Notes under the pieces: model-generated | What the model saw: only the letters and a program-made list of their open reading frames with translations | The model's database searches: none | Told to the model about the DNA's origin: nothing | Part shown: in pieces, positions 37,621 to 44,565 of the stretch | How positions within the stretch are numbered: position 1 is the stretch's first letter | Layout: the number at the start of each line of letters is the position of its first letter | Program-made: the position numbers and the translations under genes | From: an uncultured Collinsella sp. | GTDB lineage: Bacteria > Actinomycetota > Coriobacteriia > Coriobacteriales > Coriobacteriaceae | Direction of reading: 5' to 3' | NCBI GenBank assembly: GCA_900552185.1 | Contig: URYT01000001.1 | Location: 1-44,565, forward strand | Length of the DNA: 44,565 nucleotides

Positions 37621-38091
37621 GTGAAATACACCGTCGTTTGCGTCGGTAAGCTCAAGGAGCGCTTTTGGAAGGACGCGTGCGCTGAGTACACCAAGCGCCT
37701 AGGTGCCTATGCCAAGGTTGATATCCGCGAGGTGGCCGATATCGACCCGGCTAAGGCGGGCGGCGTGGATGCCGCGCGCGACAAGGAGGGGGCGGCAATT
37801 CTTGCTGCCCTGCCGTCTCGAGCGCATGTGATCCTGCTGGCCATTGAGGGCAAAGAGCGCTCGAGCGAGGAGTTTTCGGCGAGGCTCGACGATCTTATGC
37901 TGCGAGGCAGCAGCGACATCGTCTTTGTGATTGGCGGATCGGACGGCGTGAGCGATGACGTGCGCGCACGAGCCGACGAGATGCTCAGCTTTGGACGCAT
38001 TACCTTGCCGCATAACCTGGCGCGTGTGGTGCTGCTAGAGCAGATTTACCGTGCCTGCAAGATCAGTCGTGGCGAGCCGTATCACAAATAG
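37621..38091 (+). CDS. rlmH: 23S rRNA pseudouridine-1915 N3-methyltransferase
   Basis: VGKLKE, FVIGGSDG, TLPHNLARVVLLEQIYRA, YHK C-terminus. Confidence 0.96.
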   Translation: MKYTVVCVGKLKERFWKDACAEYTKRLGAYAKVDIREVADIDPAKAGGVDAARDKEGAAILAALPSRAHVILLAIEGKERSSEEFSARLDDLMLRGSSDIVFVIGGSDGVSDDVRARADEMLSFGRITLPHNLARVVLLEQIYRACKISRGEPYHK

Positions 38092-38165
38092 GTCGGCAAT
38101 ACGAAACAATGGCGTGGGACAATAGCTTTCGTTTTTGAAGAGCGTGTCTGAGAGGACTATGAGAT

Positions 38166-38936
38166 ATGAAGATTGGGTTTGTCGGTTTTGGCAATATGGC
38201 GAGCGCTATGGCCGATGGCTGGATCGCTGCCGGTGTAGCTGCGAGCGACATGTGCGCCTGTGCGGGTCGCTACGACGCACTGGTTGAGCGCTGCGAGGCG
38301 CGCGGCATGGCCGCCTGCCACGATGCCGCCGAGGTTGTCGCCGCATCCGATATCGTGGTCGCTGCGGTCAAACCGTACATGATCGAGAAGGTATTCGCCC
38401 CGCTCAAGGATGCTCTTGCCAAAAAGGTCGTTCTGTCGGTTGCCTGGACCTGGGACAGTGTCAAGTGGGAGCAGGTCCTGCCGGGCGTCGCGCATATCTC
38501 GACGGTGCCCAACACGCCGGTTTCGGTGGGCGAGGGCGTCATCGCTTGCGAGAAGGCTTCCACGCTTAGTGATGAGCAGAGCGCAGTGGTGCTTGATCTG
38601 CTTGGCAAGCTCGGTGCGGTGGTCGAGCTCGATACGAGCCTGCTGTTTGTGGGCGGCACGGTGGGTGGTTGCGCTCCGGCATTTGTCGCCATGGCAATCG
38701 AGGCCCTGGGCGATGCAGCGGTCAAGCACGGTATCCCGCGTGCCGATGCCTATCGCATTGTGAGCCAGATGGTGCTGGGTACGGCAAAGCTGCAGCTTGC
38801 AACGGGCCAGCATCCTGCGGCGATGAAGGATGCCGTATGCTCGCCCGGTGGTGCCACCATCAAGGGCGTCGTTGCGCTCGAGGACGCCGGCATGCGTAGT
38901 GCCCTGGTCAAGGCAATCGACGCAACTCTCCAGTAA
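38166..38936 (+). CDS. proC: Pyrroline-5-carboxylate reductase
   Basis: IGFVGFGNMA, AVKP, PNTP, GCAPAF, VCSPGGATI. Confidence 0.93.
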   Translation: MKIGFVGFGNMASAMADGWIAAGVAASDMCACAGRYDALVERCEARGMAACHDAAEVVAASDIVVAAVKPYMIEKVFAPLKDALAKKVVLSVAWTWDSVKWEQVLPGVAHISTVPNTPVSVGEGVIACEKASTLSDEQSAVVLDLLGKLGAVVELDTSLLFVGGTVGGCAPAFVAMAIEALGDAAVKHGIPRADAYRIVSQMVLGTAKLQLATGQHPAAMKDAVCSPGGATIKGVVALEDAGMRSALVKAIDATLQ

Positions 38937-39095
38937 AACCTGCCATTTAGGGACAGGTTTATTTTGGCAGGTTTTTCCTGCGGTTTTGTCGTATGTGCGA
39001 AAAGCGCCCCGCAACTGGCTCAATTCCAGTTGCGGGGCGCTTACGTTTGCCCAGATAAAACCGACCAAAATAAACCTGTCCCTTTTTGGCAGGTT
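38937..39095. repeat. REPIN/MITE-like element: inverted ~31-bp REP copies enclosing a perfect hairpin
   Basis: AACCTGCCA-TTT-AGGGACAGGTTTATTTTGG ... CCAAAATAAACCTGTCCCT-TTT-TGGCAGGTT, with an inner 17-bp stem AAGCGCCCCGCAACTGG/CCAGTTGCGGGGCGCTT (39002-39042). Confidence 0.75.
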
Positions 39096-39378
39096 AGTCC
39101 CAGAAGCTGTCTTCCTCATCCTCGGACTTGGGTCCGCGGTCGACGTACATCTTATGGGTACGCTTCTCCATTACAAAGGCAAGAATCGCAAATAACAGGA
39201 TGCCGCCGGCGAAAAGGATGGCAAAACCGGTGCGGGTGCCAAACAAAAAGGAAAAAACTGCGTCCATTGGGTGCCTTCTTGCGTAGTTGAGTTGGGTCGT
39301 AAACGCTCATAAGTATATACTTGCCCATACATGTACAAGGTTGCAACCTAAATGGAATGTATATCGCCGGAGGATCTA

Positions 39379-40662
39379 ATGCTTGATATCAAGTTTGTTC
39401 GCGAGAACCCCGATGCCATCGATGTCGCCATGGCTAACCGCCAGACGTCTTGGGATCGCGAGAAGTTCTTTGAGCTCGACGACGAGCGCCGTGCCGTCAT
39501 CACCGAGGTCGAGGAGCTCCAGGCTACGCGCAATGCCGAGTCCAAGAAGATCGGCGCCCTGATGAAGGAGGGCAAGAAGGACGAGGCCGAGGCCGCCAAG
39601 GAGGCCGTGCGCGCCGTCAACGAGAAGATTGACGGTCTGGCCGAGCGCCGTACTGCTCTCGAGCAGGAGCAGTACGACTTCATGGCTCACCTGCCCAACA
39701 TTCCTTGCGAGGCCACGCCGTACGGCAAGGACGAGGACGAGAACATTGAGCGCCGTCGTTGGGGCACCCCGCGCGAGTTCGACTTCGACTTTAAGCCGCA
39801 CTGGGATCTGGGCACCGATCTGGACATCCTCGACTTCGAGCGCGGCAACAAGCTCTCCGGCAGCCGCTTCACCGTTCTCGGTGGCGCCGGCGCCCGTCTT
39901 GAGCGCGCCCTCATCAACTTCTTCCTCGATACGCACACCAGCCGTGGCTTTAAGGAGTGGTGGCCGCCTATCGTCGTCAAGCGTCAGACCATGTTTGGCA
40001 CGGGCCAGCTGCCCAAGTTCGAGGACGACGCCTACCACGTCTCGGGCGACAACTTCCTGATCCCCACCGCCGAGGTCGTGCTCACCAACCTGCACGCCGG
40101 CGAGGTCCTCGACGCCGACACCCTGCCGCGCCGCTACACCGCCTTCACCCCCTGCTTCCGCGAGGAGGCCGGTTCCGCCGGTCGCGACACCCGCGGCATC
40201 ATCCGTCAGCACGAGTTCGACAAGGTCGAGATGGTCAAGTTCGCTAAGCCGGAGGAGTCCGACGAGGAGCTCGAGAGCATGACCGCCGAGGCTGAGTACC
40301 TGCTGCAGCAGCTGGGCCTGCCGTATCGCGTGATTAGCCTGTGCACCGGCGACCTGGGCTTCTCTGCCCGTCAGACCTACGACATCGAGGTTTGGCTGCC
40401 GAGCTACAACGCCTACAAGGAGATCAGCTCCTGCTCCAATTGCGGCGACTTCCAGGCCCGTCGCGCCAACATCAAGTATCGCGACCCCGAGAACTTCAAG
40501 GGCTCGCGCTACCTGCACACCCTTAACGGTTCCGGCCTGCCGGCTGGTCGTACCATGGCTGCCATTCTGGAGAACTACCAGAACGCCGACGGCACCATCA
40601 CGATCCCCGAGGTTCTGCGTCCCTACATGGGCGGCCTCGAGAAGATCGAGCCGGTCGCGTAA
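39379..40662 (+). CDS. serS: Serine--tRNA ligase
   Basis: MLDIKFVR start after [56 protein letters not shown]. Confidence 0.97.
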   Translation: MLDIKFVRENPDAIDVAMANRQTSWDREKFFELDDERRAVITEVEELQATRNAESKKIGALMKEGKKDEAEAAKEAVRAVNEKIDGLAERRTALEQEQYDFMAHLPNIPCEATPYGKDEDENIERRRWGTPREFDFDFKPHWDLGTDLDILDFERGNKLSGSRFTVLGGAGARLERALINFFLDTHTSRGFKEWWPPIVVKRQTMFGTGQLPKFEDDAYHVSGDNFLIPTAEVVLTNLHAGEVLDADTLPRRYTAFTPCFREEAGSAGRDTRGIIRQHEFDKVEMVKFAKPEESDEELESMTAEAEYLLQQLGLPYRVISLCTGDLGFSARQTYDIEVWLPSYNAYKEISSCSNCGDFQARRANIKYRDPENFKGSRYLHTLNGSGLPAGRTMAAILENYQNADGTITIPEVLRPYMGGLEKIEPVA

Positions 40663-40685
40663 GCTAGCTGCATAGGCGATTTGCG

Positions 40686-40714
40686 AGGGCGCTCCTTTTA
40701 GGGGCGCCCTATTT
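40686..40714 (+). terminator. Terminator after serS
   Basis: AGGGCGCTCC-TTTTA-GGGGCGCCCT-ATTT. Confidence 0.7.
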
Positions 40715-40763
40715 CGTGCGTAGGTCCATACCATGCCGTGCGGACAGTTCAATAGAAAACACA

Positions 40764-40777
40764 CGAACAACTGTTCT
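40764..40777. promoter_or_regulatory. Putative LexA (SOS) box
   Basis: CGAAC-AACT-GTTCT matches the Gram-positive GAAC-N4-GTTC consensus. It lies next to the -35 region of an extended -10 (TGCTATGCT, 40795-40803). Confidence 0.65.
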
Positions 40778-40836
40778 GTATACAGCCATCTACCTGCTAT
40801 GCTTTTGCTAAATAAGAGCGAGAGAAAGGGGACGCG

Positions 40837-41214
40837 ATGGAGCTGTTTGATGATCGGGTGGTTTTGTTTGAGAGCGACGAGGGCGGGGAGTACCTGCTTG
40901 TAACGTGTGAGCCGTCTGGCATGGGCGGCCTGGTGGTTCGGCAGACGAGTGAGGGTCCGTTGACACAATGGTGCTTTGAGGAGTCGCCGCATGTGGTCGA
41001 GACCTTTGTGACGCACGAGGGGCTTGTGGCGCTGGAGCACTTCTATGGAGTTGGGACTTCCAACCAGGTCGCGCGCATGCTGAGCATCTCGTTTGCCGAT
41101 TATGACTGTGCCCAGCGGGTGAGATCGCTCCTGAGGGAACTTGATGCCAAGTTTGACGTGATCGAAAAGCCAATCGATCGTACGGGGAACGGCGGTATAC
41201 GCGGAGCAGCATGA
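40837..41214 (+). CDS. Hypothetical protein (125 aa, acidic)
   Basis: ORF with RBS AAAGGGG and its own promoter. No family recognised. Confidence 0.7.
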   Translation: MELFDDRVVLFESDEGGEYLLVTCEPSGMGGLVVRQTSEGPLTQWCFEESPHVVETFVTHEGLVALEHFYGVGTSNQVARMLSISFADYDCAQRVRSLLRELDAKFDVIEKPIDRTGNGGIRGAA

Positions 41215-41291
41215 CAAAACTGCGTTCCACAAAAAAGTTTGAGATTGTGCTTGACTCCAATAAGCTAAAGTGGTTTTATATGTTTTGCGCT

Positions 41292-41368
41292 GCGGCGTTA
41301 CCTCAGCTGGATAGAGGGTCTGACTACGAATCAGAACGTCATAGGTTCGAATCCTATACGCCGCACCA
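41292..41368 (+). tRNA. tRNA-Arg (ACG)
   Basis: GCGGCGT acceptor, anticodon arm TCTGA-CTACGAA-TCAGA, GGTTCGAATCC, CCA. Terminator at 41379-41409. Confidence 0.96.
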
Positions 41369-41554
41369 ATTGAAATTGAAAGCCTCCGGCAACGGGGGCT
41401 TTTCTTTTATGCCGCCGCTGCATGGATTCGAACCTCGGTCGAGGCGCAGGCGTAAAGCGGACTATTTCCTGTCGACTCGTGTAAGATTTCGAGTAGGTGT
41501 CGCGGCCCATCCGTGACCACTCCTTCTTCAAGCGACCGATCAGGGTGATACTTC

Positions 41555-43996
41555 GTGGCAGAGCGTCCGACATACAAGCTCAGGTTTCTCGATCCCAAGA
41601 AGCGCTTTCCGGCGATGCCCGAGCAGCCTGCGGGGCGCTCATATGGCGTGGTCTGGAAACTCTTTGGCGAGGACCAGCATGAATCTTGTTATGTCGTCGA
41701 ATTCGTTGGCAAAAGCCATGTGTCGCTTTTGGGCTACGTAAGCGTTTCGGGTGAGGTGTACAAGGTGGACCGCCCCGTTAGCGAGGCTCCGCTGCCCAAC
41801 GATCCCGACATGGAGCTGGTCCTTGACGAGTCGGATTCCAGTATTGGTGAGATTATGGTAAGGGAAGCCAACGGTGCAATGCGTACGTGTGCGCAAACTG
41901 CCGGCTCTCCCGAAGGCCCCATGCGCGAGCAGTCCGACCACGAGACATGGAATTCGACCCGCGCCCTTCCTTACGGCGAGTTCATGGCCTCGATGTTCTT
42001 GCGCTACGTGATATTTGCCAACTCCGAAAGCGCTATTGCGAACACGGCGGGCGTCGACGGTCTCGATGCGGACATGCAAAACGTTGTCGACAAAATAAAG
42101 CTCGTAAAGTTGCCCGAGCCGGTCGAGGTGTTTTTGGGCTTTAACACGGCACCGCTACCTGACGCTATCGAGACGCTGCTCTACCGTGTCGACCATGCCG
42201 AGAATCCGAGCGGTATCGAGCGTTATGCGGCCGCCCTTATGAGCGAGGTCGACTTGCCCCGACTGCGCACCATCGCCGCCAAGTCCGAGATGAGCCTGGC
42301 TCGCATCGATCGCTCAAAGCTTTTCTATCTCAATTTTGATCGTAGCCTGCTGGACCAGGACGAGATTGACATGCTGCTTGCCATCGAGTGCCGTCTCAAC
42401 CGCCTCTCTGGCATCCTCGAGCGCATCGGGGCCGGATTGGCCCCTGCGGCATCCTCGCCGAGCCTTGAGGGCTGCGCGCTCTTTGATTCGTGGCATATCG
42501 CCAAGACGACCAACGATGTTCCCCGACTGCTCGATACGGCCTCGAGCGATAACCCGTGGGGCAAACCGGGTACGGTGGCTTGCCAGCCGGGCGGTGAGTG
42601 GGATGTGCGTACCCGCTTCGCGCGTATTGTCGAGGCGCTTAACGTGGTCACACGGCTCGACTATACCTATCGGGCAAACGTTGCCGAGGGGATTATGCTC
42701 GTTCGGTTTGGGCGGTCTGTCGTTGATGCCATGCCGCAACGTGAATACGACGCTCAGGATGACGCCTGGCGCGAGCTGGACGAGGACATGCGCGCGATCT
42801 GGGCCGCGGAGCACGATGCGCGCGTGGCACTTACGCTTGCGGCAGCGTGTTTTGCCGCGGGCACCTGCATCACGCGCTGCTATGTGCAGATTGCTGCTCC
42901 CGACAGTGAGCAGGGCGAGCGCGTTGTCGCAACGTATTTCTTTGGGCGCGCGGCCTATCTGGCCGATTGCGTGCCTGTCGCCAAGGATCTTGAGAGCATG
43001 GACATGGACGATATGCCGTGCAAGCGTGTGCTTGAGGCGTATGAGTCAACCGCTCCGGAGACGATTGAGCCTGCGGAGGTTCATGCTCGTCCGCGTGATG
43101 ACCATCGCACACTGCCGCCGGCGCTGCGCGATCTGCTGCTTGCCGATACGGCTGACGAGTTGGAGGTCATGGAAGAGGACGACGACCCATACGTGGCCCG
43201 CGTTGTTGAATTGCGCGAGCAGGCAAAAGTCGACCGTACAGGTGCCTTTGAAGGCTTTTCCCGTCTTGTCGAGGAGTTGGAGGCTAAGTGCGCCGTCGCC
43301 GAGCTTTTGGCGACAGGTCCGGTTCAAACGCAGTTTTGCGATAACCAGCTGGTACGCATGGTGCTACCGGTGTTGGAAGAAGACCGCTCTGTGCGAATCC
43401 TTCGTGCGCCCGATGCGCTGTACTTTGCCCAGCACGAGATCTGCAGCTTTTACGCCGAGCAAGAGGACTTTGAACGAGCACTGCCCGAGGTGCGCCATCT
43501 TTACGATCTGGCACGCTCGTCCATGCAATCGCACTTTGCGCTCATCAACGTGCTTGCGCGTCTGGAGCGCTTTGACGAGATTATCGAGGTGGCGCGCCAC
43601 GGCCTACGTATTGCCAGCGATCGTTCTGCAATCGGCTACCTGTTCTATCGCTTGGCGTTTGCCTATTGGAATTGCGATCAGCTCGACCTGGCGCTGGCTT
43701 GTTACCGTCTGGTGCCGCGCGGCGAGGAGTCGGGCAGTAGCGCGCTGGAAGAAATGCAGGGCCTTATGAATGAGATGGGCGTCAGCGAGCCTCCGACGTT
43801 CGAGGAGGCGGTCGAGACCATCCGCAAGGCTGGACTCGAGCTGCCGCCAGTGTCCGCCGTGACGAATCAGCTGGCAGATGCCGCTGTGCAACTGGTCGAC
43901 AACGGCTTCTTTTTCCTGGCACGCGGTTGCATCTTCCAAATGTGGCGCACCATGGGCAACGACGAGCTCGGCTCCCTCAACCGCTCGCTGGGGTAG
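41555..43996 (+). CDS. Large hypothetical protein with C-terminal TPR-like repeats
   Basis: 813-aa ORF with typical codon bias. TPR-like helices (SHFALINVLARLERFDEII, LFYRLAFAYWNCDQLDLALACY). Confidence 0.75.
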   Translation: MAERPTYKLRFLDPKKRFPAMPEQPAGRSYGVVWKLFGEDQHESCYVVEFVGKSHVSLLGYVSVSGEVYKVDRPVSEAPLPNDPDMELVLDESDSSIGEIMVREANGAMRTCAQTAGSPEGPMREQSDHETWNSTRALPYGEFMASMFLRYVIFANSESAIANTAGVDGLDADMQNVVDKIKLVKLPEPVEVFLGFNTAPLPDAIETLLYRVDHAENPSGIERYAAALMSEVDLPRLRTIAAKSEMSLARIDRSKLFYLNFDRSLLDQDEIDMLLAIECRLNRLSGILERIGAGLAPAASSPSLEGCALFDSWHIAKTTNDVPRLLDTASSDNPWGKPGTVACQPGGEWDVRTRFARIVEALNVVTRLDYTYRANVAEGIMLVRFGRSVVDAMPQREYDAQDDAWRELDEDMRAIWAAEHDARVALTLAAACFAAGTCITRCYVQIAAPDSEQGERVVATYFFGRAAYLADCVPVAKDLESMDMDDMPCKRVLEAYESTAPETIEPAEVHARPRDDHRTLPPALRDLLLADTADELEVMEEDDDPYVARVVELREQAKVDRTGAFEGFSRLVEELEAKCAVAELLATGPVQTQFCDNQLVRMVLPVLEEDRSVRILRAPDALYFAQHEICSFYAEQEDFERALPEVRHLYDLARSSMQSHFALINVLARLERFDEIIEVARHGLRIASDRSAIGYLFYRLAFAYWNCDQLDLALACYRLVPRGEESGSSALEEMQGLMNEMGVSEPPTFEEAVETIRKAGLELPPVSAVTNQLADAAVQLVDNGFFFLARGCIFQMWRTMGNDELGSLNRSLG

Positions 43997-44088
43997 GCGA
44001 AGCCTCCAAGGAGGAAAGGATGCTAGGCAATTAGAAAATTTCCTCTTGCCCATCCTTGGCTGTTTGGTTACTATAGAACAGCTGTTAC

Positions 44089-44179
44089 GGAGAGCTGACC
44101 GAGAGGCCGAAGGTGCTCGCCTGCTAAGCGAGTATGCCCCAAAAGGGCATCTGGGGTTCGAATCCCCAGCTCTCCGCCA
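44089..44179 (+). tRNA. tRNA-Ser (GCT)
   Basis: GGAGAGC acceptor, anticodon arm CTCGC-CTGCTAA-GCGAG, long variable arm, GCCA end. Promoter TTGCCC-N17-TACTAT. Confidence 0.96.
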
Positions 44180-44442
44180 GTAAGACTTTAAAGAAGGGTT
44201 CCGAAAGGGGCCCTTTTTTAGTTGAACCACGTTAGCTGGGGATTCGAACCCGAGAGGGCACGGGCGTTAAGCAAACGCGAAAGCGTTTGTAGCCCGTGGG
44301 CGAAAAGCCGCCAGGCTTTGAAGCCGGAGGGCACGCGCAGCATGCCCGGACATCCCCAGCTCTCCGCCAGTTTAACTTTAAAGAAGGGTCCCATTGGGGG
44401 CCCTTTTTTATTATCGAGAAAGGGCGCTGGGGATTCGAACCC
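44162..44442. repeat. tRNA-Ser 3'-end-associated ~190-bp tandem repeat with antisense T-arm copies
   Basis: ATCCCCAGCTCTCCGCCAGT plus terminator occurs at 44162 and 44352. GCTGGGGATTCGAACCC (reverse complement of tRNA 44154-44170) occurs at 44235 and 44426. Confidence 0.85.
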
Positions 44443-44445
44443 TCA

Positions 44446-44477
44446 AAAAGGAGGCATCCTTTCGGACGCCTCCTTTC
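44446..44477. terminator. Terminator, probably of a minus-strand gene extending beyond the window
   Basis: AAAAAGGAGGCATCC-TTTC-GGACGCCTCCTTT. Confidence 0.65.
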
Positions 44478-44565
44478 AGTGGACTTATTATTCTTGCGCC
44501 CTACATCTCAGGCTTATAGGACAAAATGTGTGTCTACTTTAGGGGTATCGGCGCAGGTCGATGCC

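Noticed and set aside
38964..39346. Short ORFs between proC and serS
   Set aside because: They overlap the inverted-repeat element and promoter, and lack codon bias or an RBS.
44075..44088. Second LexA-like site AGAAC-AGCT-GTTAC before tRNA-Ser
   Set aside because: Mismatch in the GTTC half-site, and SOS control of a tRNA is unlikely.
41292..44179. Genomic island between tRNA-Arg and tRNA-Ser
   Set aside because: No integrase, no flanking direct repeat of the tRNA-Arg 3' end, and host-like composition.
44539..44565. Possible C-terminus (GIDLRRYP*) of a minus-strand gene at the window edge
   Set aside because: Only 8 codons are visible, too little to call.

Overview
High-GC (~60%) chromosomal window from a coriobacterial actinobacterium. 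It looks Collinsella-like, which I infer from gene style, T-box use and repeat types rather than from a database match. Housekeeping and transport genes dominate: a DUF4012 protein, glmM, an M32 carboxypeptidase, T-box-controlled pheS-pheT, a nickel ECF transporter (nikMN-Q-O) with a NikR-type operator, pyk, a P2-type cation ATPase, rsgA, rsmI-metG-rsmA-tatD, an SPFH protein, rlmH, proC, serS and four tRNAs (Phe, Leu, Arg, Ser). There is also a monoderm Tad/Flp pilus locus (20.3-29.9 kb) with no prepilin peptidase gene in it. I saw no integrase, transposase or CRISPR array. Most notable observations: (1) a two-hairpin kissing-loop, RBS-sequestering leader in front of the cation ATPase, a candidate new riboswitch; (2) tRNA-linked repeat elements carrying antisense copies of their own tRNA's T-arm; (3) a 4 x 62 bp palindromic tandem array after tRNA-Phe; (4) a GH5 homologue lacking its catalytic acid/base (NEP->DTP); (5) Tad pilins that all have Ala rather than Gly at the cleavage site, plus a TadG-like protein with a low-GC central segment; (6) a deleted toxin gene in front of an intact RHH antitoxin; (7) an unknown small gene with a LexA box.
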